64,000 bases of DNA, from assembly GCA_963741945.1 (NCBI GenBank), contig CAVUKA010000006.1, positions 160,001-224,000 of the forward strand, given 5' to 3'. A program made the position numbers and the translations under genes. The stretch comes from an uncultured Gemmatimonadales bacterium (GTDB taxonomy: Bacteria > Gemmatimonadota > Gemmatimonadetes > Longimicrobiales > RSA9). This document shows, in pieces, positions 57,611 through 64,000 of this stretch. The notes below the pieces were generated by a model. The model was not told where the DNA came from. It saw nothing but the letters and a program-made list of their open reading frames with translations, and did not search any database. Each line of letters starts with the position of its first letter. Position 1 is the first letter of the stretch.

Positions 57611-60124
57611 CTACGCGTTCGGGTCGAGCACCTCCGCGATCCGATGCTGCACGCCGATGAGGTGGTACCGTGTTGCCCGGTCACCCGCGCGGGAGATGGC
57701 CCGCTTCACCCGGTCCTGCAGGGTGCTCAGCTCGCCCCGCACCTGGGCCTTCGCGGCCTCGGACAGCGGCGCCGGGCGCCGGAACCCCGGATACGGCGAT
57801 GGCTGGTTGGAGGTGTCCGGCGGATTCAGCTTCTGGTCGAGCATGTCCAGATACGTCATCTGGAGCGCGCGGCGGTACGGCCCCACGAGGACATCGCGGG
57901 AGGCCGCGAGCTCGGAGAAGATCCCGCCGGTCACGTCATCCAGCAGGTTCGTGAGCGTGTACGTCCCGCCCGCCGCCCGACTGAGCGCCTCGGTGTCCAG
58001 CAGCCGGTTCAGCCGCTCGTCGCTCAGGAGCGTCCTGAGCACGGCCTGCTGGGCGCCGTTGACCCGATCGGTCATGGCGTCGGCCTCGATGCGGCGCGCG
58101 ATCTCGGGCTGGACCAGGTACGCGGGCGTCTGGAACACGTTCAGGTTCAGGAACCGCACGGCCGCCTCCTGCCGGTTGCGCGGCAGCGGCTGGTAGACCG
58201 CGCCCGGCTGGCTGCCGGACTTGTACTGCACGGTGCCGCCGCCCACGACCGTGGCCACATGGCTCGCCTCACGCGCCCACTGCCCGACGGTCCGGTCGTA
58301 CAGCTCCTCCATCTCGCTGTTGTCGGTGCCCGGGTGCGTGGTGGCCGACGGGATGTACGTCATGACCCGGCGGATGTTGCGGAAGCCCAGCTCCGTGGAC
58401 TGGATCGGGTCGGCGTCGCCCACCGCTTCCGACATGGTGCCGAAGCCGCCGAAGTCGTTGTTGGCGGAGAAGCGCAGCCACACTACGGTATCCTGGACCA
58501 TGGCCCAGCGATCCAGTGTGGGGACCTCCTCGGCGGGTGTTTTCGCCGACGGGATCGGCTTGTACCCCCACATGATGACGAACCTGTCATAGGGACCGAT
58601 GCGCGGAACGAGGTCCTCCAGCGCGACCCCGTCCTCCGGCTGCGCCACGTAGTTGAAGCGGGAGTAGTCCATGATGCTGGGCGAGTGGCCCATCTTCGCC
58701 ACCCATGTGGCGCTGCGTACGCTGTCGGCGGGGTACGTCGAGCTGCCCAGCTGATCGTGCTGCAGACCGATGGTGTGCCCGATCTCATGGGCCACGATGA
58801 ACTCGAGGATCCGGCCTGTCAGGCTGTCCGGGAAGGGCAGCGACCGGGCCCGCACGTCCAGTGGCGAGACCTGTGCGAAATACCAGTCGCGGCCCAGGGT
58901 GAGCACGTTCTGGAAGATGCGCACGGATCCGTTCAGGATCTCGCCGGTCCGCGGATCGCTCACGTGCGGGCCCTGCGCGTTCTCCACCGTGGACGGGAGC
59001 CAGCGGATGATGGTGTGGCGGATGTCCTCGGCCGACCAGGTGGGGTCGTCCGCGGGCGCGTCCTTGGCCACGATCCCGTTCTTGAAGCCCGCCGCCTCGA
59101 ACGCGGGCTGCCAGTCCTCGATGGCCTTCCGGATCCAGGGCTTCCACACGTCCGGTGTGGCCGGGTCCACGTAGTAGACGATGGGCTGCTTCGGGACGCA
59201 CAGATCCCCGACCATCTGGTCCGAGCACTCCAGCCGGTACTTCGTGATGTAGCGACGCTGGGCCGCCCCGGCCTGCTGGCCGTAGTTCACCTGCCGGATG
59301 CTGAAGAAGCCGAGACGCTCATCGAAGCGACGCGGCATCATCGGCTGCTCCGGGAGCCGCACCAGGCTCCAGTGCGCCAGCACACTCTGCGCCGGCGTGG
59401 CCCGCCCGCCGCGCGCGGCCGGCGATGCGCCTCCACCCCCGTTCCCGGACGGCGTCCCCGTCTGCGTGGCCTCGATCTCCACGTTGTCCGGGAAGGCGCT
59501 GACGCGCTCCACGTAGGAGCGCTTCTCGTCGATGTTGCCCTGGATGGCCTGGAGCTGCGGCACCGACGTGGTGAACAGCTTGGTCACGTCCACCACCGGG
59601 GCGTGCTCCGGCCCCCAGCTCTCCACGGGGAGGACCGCGAGGATCGGGGGATAACTCGAGTTCACCACCGCCCGGTAGACGGGGAGCGTGGTGTCGGCGG
59701 CGATGGCGTACATGGGCGCGCGCACGATCACCCGCTCGCCCTCCAGGTCGAAGCGGAGCGTGCTCTCGGCGAACTGGTCGCCGCCATACTCGCCAAACCC
59801 GCGCGTACCGCGGGGATCATTCGGGTCGAACGCCGACGCGCGGGCGTACCGGCCCACGATCAGCATGTCCTTGCCCAGCTCGGATGCCGGGATCTCGAAG
59901 TACAGCTTGTCGCCGACCTGATGGGTGACGAGCATGCCGCGCTGCGTCTTCGCTTCCGACGTGATCACGGTGTCATACGGCTTCGGCGCGGACTCGGCGC
60001 CCTGCTGCCGGCGCGCCGCGGGGCCTTCGCCTCCGGGGCGCGGCGAGGGTGCCGCGGGAGGAGCATGCGAGCAGCCGGCGCCCAGGAGCGCGGCCGCCAT
60101 GATCATGACGGTGGTTCGTCTCAT
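57611..60124 (-). CDS. Zinc-dependent metalloprotease lipoprotein (DUF5117/5118-type, Met-zincin)
   Basis: Lipobox [30 protein letters not shown] and [16 protein letters not shown]. Confidence 0.9.
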   Translation of the reverse strand: MRRTTVMIMAAALLGAGCSHAPPAAPSPRPGGEGPAARRQQGAESAPKPYDTVITSEAKTQRGMLVTHQVGDKLYFEIPASELGKDMLIVGRYARASAFDPNDPRGTRGFGEYGGDQFAESTLRFDLEGERVIVRAPMYAIAADTTLPVYRAVVNSSYPPILAVLPVESWGPEHAPVVDVTKLFTTSVPQLQAIQGNIDEKRSYVERVSAFPDNVEIEATQTGTPSGNGGGGASPAARGGRATPAQSVLAHWSLVRLPEQPMMPRRFDERLGFFSIRQVNYGQQAGAAQRRYITKYRLECSDQMVGDLCVPKQPIVYYVDPATPDVWKPWIRKAIEDWQPAFEAAGFKNGIVAKDAPADDPTWSAEDIRHTIIRWLPSTVENAQGPHVSDPRTGEILNGSVRIFQNVLTLGRDWYFAQVSPLDVRARSLPFPDSLTGRILEFIVAHEIGHTIGLQHDQLGSSTYPADSVRSATWVAKMGHSPSIMDYSRFNYVAQPEDGVALEDLVPRIGPYDRFVIMWGYKPIPSAKTPAEEVPTLDRWAMVQDTVVWLRFSANNDFGGFGTMSEAVGDADPIQSTELGFRNIRRVMTYIPSATTHPGTDNSEMEELYDRTVGQWAREASHVATVVGGGTVQYKSGSQPGAVYQPLPRNRQEAAVRFLNLNVFQTPAYLVQPEIARRIEADAMTDRVNGAQQAVLRTLLSDERLNRLLDTEALSRAAGGTYTLTNLLDDVTGGIFSELAASRDVLVGPYRRALQMTYLDMLDQKLNPPDTSNQPSPYPGFRRPAPLSEAAKAQVRGELSTLQDRVKRAISRAGDRATRYHLIGVQHRIAEVLDPNA

Positions 60125-60281
60125 CGCTCGATCGGGGTTCTCTGGATGGAAAGCTGGCGTCCGGAGAGGCACGCGGACGCGGGGATCCATTTCCAAGGAC
60201 GCGCGGGGCGCCGGGAACGTTGAGACTCGGCGCGCCCGCCACCGCTTGACACGAGCCCTCGCCGCCCGCGACCATGCCCCC

Positions 60282-60668
60282 ATGAAAGCGCTGCTCCAGC
60301 GCGCCGCGCGCCGGAAGGGGGCCCACGCCCGCGAGTTCTGGATGTCGCGGGGCGGCGGCTTCTACGGCTTCGCGGCCGCGCTCACGTTCGTCTATCTCGA
60401 GGTCGTGGACCTCGTGGGCGATGTCGCCGGACTCGGCGCCGTTCAACTCAACCTCGGCTTCGCCATCGGCTGGCTGGTGCAGAACGCCGTCGACGCCCTC
60501 ATCAACGTGGTCCGCTCCACCCTCTGGCCCATCGCCTGGATCGACCACTTCGGCCTCGGACTCCCCTCCGCCGCCCTCCTCGCCGGTGCCTACGGCCTCT
60601 ACCTCCTCGTCCGCCCCCTGGCCCTGCGCCTCCTGGGCGGATCCCCCCGGCAGCGGCGGATTCGCTAG
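60282..60668 (+). CDS. Hypothetical membrane protein
   Basis: 'GGGFYG..A..TF..LEV' and three hydrophobic segments. TTGACA at 60246 upstream. Confidence 0.65.
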   Translation: MKALLQRAARRKGAHAREFWMSRGGGFYGFAAALTFVYLEVVDLVGDVAGLGAVQLNLGFAIGWLVQNAVDALINVVRSTLWPIAWIDHFGLGLPSAALLAGAYGLYLLVRPLALRLLGGSPRQRRIR

Positions 60669-60685
60669 CCCCCCACCGGCGAGCC

Positions 60686-60763
60686 GCGCATGCCGCGAGC
60701 TTCGAATCCCGCGCCAGCGAGGCGAACGGCGCATGCCGCGAGCTTCGAATCCCCGCGCCAGCG
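60686..60763 (+). repeat. 34/35-bp tandem direct repeat upstream of glnS
   Basis: GCGCATGCCGCGAGCTTCGAATCCC(C)GCGCCAGCG at 60686 and 60729. Confidence 0.85.
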
Positions 60764-60880
60764 GGGTGCCCGGGCCGCGCCAGCGGCGAAGGGCATCGCC
60801 CCCTCCACCTCCCGACGGCCTCGCCCCGGCATTACGTTCAGTCCCCTGAGCAGGCCACACCCACGGAGAGGAACGGAACG

Positions 60881-63259
60881 ATGGCGCGCGCGGGCGATGC
60901 AGGGGAGGGGAACGGAAGGAAGCTGGAGCCGAGGGACTTCATCCGATCCATCGTCGTCGAGGACCTGGCCACCGGGAAGCACGGCGGCCGTGTGGTCACC
61001 CGGTTCCCCCCGGAGCCCAACGGCTTCCTCCACATCGGCCATGCCAAGTCCATCTGCCTGAACTTCGGACTGGCGCAGGAAGTTCCGGGCGCCCGCTGCC
61101 ACCTCCGCTTCGACGACACCAATCCCGAGACGGAGGACATGGCGTACGTCGAGGCCATCAAGCGTGATGTGGCCTGGCTGGGCTTCGACTGGGGCGAGCA
61201 CCTCTACTTCGCTTCCGACTACTTCCACGAGATGTACGCGTTCGCGGAGCACCTGATCCGCGAGGGAAAGGCGTACATCGACAGCCAGAGCGAGGAGGAG
61301 ATCCGGGAGGGGCGGGGAACGGTAACGGAGGTCGGGACGCGGAGCCCCTACCGCGACCGCTCGCCCGACGAGAGCCTGGCCCTCTTCCACCGCATGCGCG
61401 ATGGCGAGTTCCCGAACGGCGCCCACGTGCTGCGCGCGAAGATCGACATGGCTTCGCCGAACATGGTGCTCCGCGACCCCGTGCTCTATCGGATCCGCCA
61501 CGCCAGCCATTACCGCACCGGCGACGAGTGGTGCATCTACCCGCTCTACGATTTCGCCCACCCGATCGAGGACGCACTCGAAGACATCACACACTCGCTG
61601 TGCACGCTCGAGTTCGAGATCAACCGCCCCCTCTACGACTGGGTGGTCGAGAATATCCCGCTGGAGACGCGGCCGCGGCAGTACGAGTTCGCCCGCGGCA
61701 ACCTGGACTTCACGGTCATGAGCAAGCGCAAGCTGCTCACACTGGTCAGGGAGGGGCACGTCTCCGGATGGGACGATCCGCGCATGCCCACCATCGCCGG
61801 GCTCCGCCGCCGCGGCGTGACACCCGAGTCCATCCGCGCCTTCTGGGACATGCTCGGCATTGCCAAGTCACAGAGCCGCGTCGACATGGGCAAGCTCGAG
61901 TTCGCCATCCGCGACGACCTGAACGCGCGCGCGCCGCGCGCCCTCTGTGTGCTGCGCCCAATGCGGGTGATCATCACCAACTACCCCGATGGGAAATCCG
62001 AGATCATCGACGCCAGCTCGTGGCCCCACGACGTCCCGCGCGAGGGGTCGCGGCCACTCCCCTTCTCCGGCGAGATCTTCATCGACGATGACGACTTCCG
62101 CGAGGATCCGCCCGCCGACTGGAAGCGTCTCGCGCCCGGCCGCGCCGTCCGGCTCCGCCACGGCCACGTCATCCGCTGCGACGAGGTCATCCGCGATGAC
62201 GCCGGCGCCATCCGCGAGCTCCACTGCCGCTACGCTCCCGACAGCCTCCACGGCGACGCCCCCGCCGACTGGAAGGCGGGAGGCGCCATCCACTGGGTGG
62301 ACGCGGAGCACTCGGTGTCGTGTGAGGTGCGGCTGTACGATCGGCTCTTCCTGGTGCCCGATCCGGATGCGGCGGCCACCGAGAGCGGGCGGGACTTCTC
62401 GGCCTTCCTCAACCCCGACTCCCTCGTGGTGGTCGAGAATGCCCGCATCGAGCCGTCGGTCACGGCCGACCCGCCCGGCAGCCGCTACCAGTTCGAGCGG
62501 CTCGGCTACTTCATGAGCGACCCCGAAGACTCGGCCCGGGGACACCTGGTGTTCAATCGGACCGTCACGCTGCGCGACACATGGGCGAAACGGGTCACGC
62601 AGGCGGCCACGCATAGTGGCGAGCCCACCCCCGCCGGGCGGCAGGCCGAGGAGGGGCGCGCGCCGGAGCTCACGGCCGAGGAGCACCGGCGCCTGCGCGA
62701 GGCCGCGGCGCCAGAGCGGTCCTCCGAGCTGGAGCGGCGGCGGCGTCGCTACCGCGACGAGCTGGGCGTGGACGATGAGGACGCCGAGCTGCTCACCCGG
62801 GAGACGGCCATGGCCGACTTCTTCGACGCCGCGCTCGAGGCCGGAGCCCCGCCGCAGCGGGTGGCCAACTGGATCATCAACGAGCTTCCGCGGGAGATCG
62901 GGGATCGGACGCTGGCGAACCTCTCGTTCGGCGGTCGCGACCTGGGGCGGCTGGTGGCGCTGCTCGAGGACGGCACCCTCTCCAGCGGCACCGCGCGCGA
63001 TGTCCTGGCGGAGATGATGGCATCCGGCCAGGAGCCCGACGCCATCGTGGAGCGGAAGGGACTCCGCCAGATCAGCGATGAAGCCGCCCTCGCCCCCGTG
63101 GTGGCCCGCATTGTCGGCGCCAATCCCGGAAAGGCCGAAGAGTACCGGACGGGTCGCTCCGCGCTCATGGGCTTCTTCATGGGCCAGGTGATGAAGGAGA
63201 CCGGCGGCAAGGCCGATCCCGTCCTGGCGCGGCGGCTGCTCGGGGAGCGACTCGGCTAG
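60881..63259 (+). CDS. glnS: Glutamine--tRNA ligase with C-terminal GatB/Yqey domain
   Basis: TRFPPEPNGFLHIGH, LRFDDTNP, VMSKRKL, GWDDPRMPT and FERLGYF. C-terminal 'VANWI..QISDE..GFFMGQVMK'. Confidence 0.96.
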   Translation: MARAGDAGEGNGRKLEPRDFIRSIVVEDLATGKHGGRVVTRFPPEPNGFLHIGHAKSICLNFGLAQEVPGARCHLRFDDTNPETEDMAYVEAIKRDVAWLGFDWGEHLYFASDYFHEMYAFAEHLIREGKAYIDSQSEEEIREGRGTVTEVGTRSPYRDRSPDESLALFHRMRDGEFPNGAHVLRAKIDMASPNMVLRDPVLYRIRHASHYRTGDEWCIYPLYDFAHPIEDALEDITHSLCTLEFEINRPLYDWVVENIPLETRPRQYEFARGNLDFTVMSKRKLLTLVREGHVSGWDDPRMPTIAGLRRRGVTPESIRAFWDMLGIAKSQSRVDMGKLEFAIRDDLNARAPRALCVLRPMRVIITNYPDGKSEIIDASSWPHDVPREGSRPLPFSGEIFIDDDDFREDPPADWKRLAPGRAVRLRHGHVIRCDEVIRDDAGAIRELHCRYAPDSLHGDAPADWKAGGAIHWVDAEHSVSCEVRLYDRLFLVPDPDAAATESGRDFSAFLNPDSLVVVENARIEPSVTADPPGSRYQFERLGYFMSDPEDSARGHLVFNRTVTLRDTWAKRVTQAATHSGEPTPAGRQAEEGRAPELTAEEHRRLREAAAPERSSELERRRRRYRDELGVDDEDAELLTRETAMADFFDAALEAGAPPQRVANWIINELPREIGDRTLANLSFGGRDLGRLVALLEDGTLSSGTARDVLAEMMASGQEPDAIVERKGLRQISDEAALAPVVARIVGANPGKAEEYRTGRSALMGFFMGQVMKETGGKADPVLARRLLGERLG

Positions 63260-63370
63260 CCCTCGTCGCTGCCCACGCGACGGTCGCGCGGATCCGGGAG
63301 CGGCCGCCGTGACGCGAGAGGATCCCGCGGACCGGCCGATCCGGAGGATGGAAGCAGGGTCCGGGGCGAG

Positions 63371-64000
63371 CTAGCTCGTTCCCGGGGCGGCGGGCGGGGG
63401 GACATCGTCGTAGCAGAGGTAACGGAGCAGCGCCCGGTGCTGCCGGTCCCAGTCCACCGGGCCACCCGAGCGCTCGCCGGGGAGCAGGTGGCCGGGCACC
63501 TGCCGGAGATAGGAATCCACGGAGCGGCGCAGGGACAGGAAGGGCGACCTGCTGCGCAGCCAGTTCTTGCCCGACGCCGCCTCCATCGCCTGCACCCATC
63601 GGATCAGCCGCCCCACCTGGACGGCCAGCGCATCGGCCGGATTGCTTTGTCTGAAGTAATGCAGGATCGGGTACTGGTTGTTGGCTGTGGTCACTCGCGC
63701 CAGGCGGTGCGCGAATTCGCGGGCCAGCGAGTACGACCATTCCAGCTCCTGCGGGCTCGGCTCACCATCCCAGTCGATGGGCGCCGCCCCAGCCAGGGCG
63801 TGGTCGATGTCGTTGGCGAGTGCCGTCTGCACCGACTGCTGCGTGTAGATGGAGACCACGTAGGTGATGCCCACGGAGAACAGGCCGAACCCGATGAACG
63901 CTTCCAGGATGGCGAGCATGCGGAACACCGGTTGAAGTGGCACGACGTCACCGAGACCCAGTGTCGTGGCCAGATAGCCGCTGTAGTAGAACGCCTGGAG
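63371..64000 (-). CDS. Two-TM potassium-channel-family protein (5'-truncated by window edge)
   Basis: Reads LQAFYYSGYLATTLGLGDVVP..EAFIGF..ITY..YPILHYF. Confidence 0.75.
   Translation of the reverse strand, partial: LQAFYYSGYLATTLGLGDVVPLQPVFRMLAILEAFIGFGLFSVGITYVVSIYTQQSVQTALANDIDHALAGAAPIDWDGEPSPQELEWSYSLAREFAHRLARVTTANNQYPILHYFRQSNPADALAVQVGRLIRWVQAMEAASGKNWLRSRSPFLSLRRSVDSYLRQVPGHLLPGERSGGPVDWDRQHRALLRYLCYDDVPPPAAPGTS

Noticed and set aside
60686-60786. CRISPR array or intact tRNA
   Set aside because: Only two full repeats with a 9-nt gap, no cas genes, and no cloverleaf.

Overview
High-GC, gene-dense bacterial window. The lineage is probably Gemmatimonadota-like, inferred from gene content and not proven. 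(1) 1-9077: a dissimilatory sulfite reductase operon, dsrK(partial)-J-O-P-A-B-D-L-N. dsrD is hidden inside a shadow ORF and DsrL carries the YRR motif, so the operon looks reductive. (2) 9091-25379: a co-oriented accessory block directly downstream. It holds three cytidylate-kinase-like paralogs, two TauE/SafE permeases, a DUF1634-like protein, fused siroheme biosynthesis genes, three histidine kinases (one with a CxxCH motif in its periplasmic sensor, one lacking ATPase boxes), five receiver domains with no output domain, and a DASS/SLC13 anion transporter. This is the best candidate for an undescribed sulfur-oxyanion sensing/transport system. (3) 25395-34716, minus strand: porin-pstSCA without pstB and with PHO-box-like repeats, a HEAT-repeat protein, an M1 aminopeptidase, an MBL hydrolase and tatC. 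(4) 34766-41070: four monoheme cytochromes c, Met-rich lipoproteins and a Cys-rich protein next to an OmpR-family two-component pair, with two matching 11-bp-period operator sites. (5) 42586-48731: a selenocysteine formate dehydrogenase (in-frame UGA plus SECIS hairpin), its Fe-S subunit and an NrfD-type anchor. (6) 52568-57229: a Rieske/cytochrome b complex with two multiheme cytochromes. (7) Zn-metalloprotease, GlnRS-Yqey and a partial ion channel. No rRNA, tRNA, CRISPR array or transposase was seen. All family assignments come from recognising motifs by eye; no database search was run.
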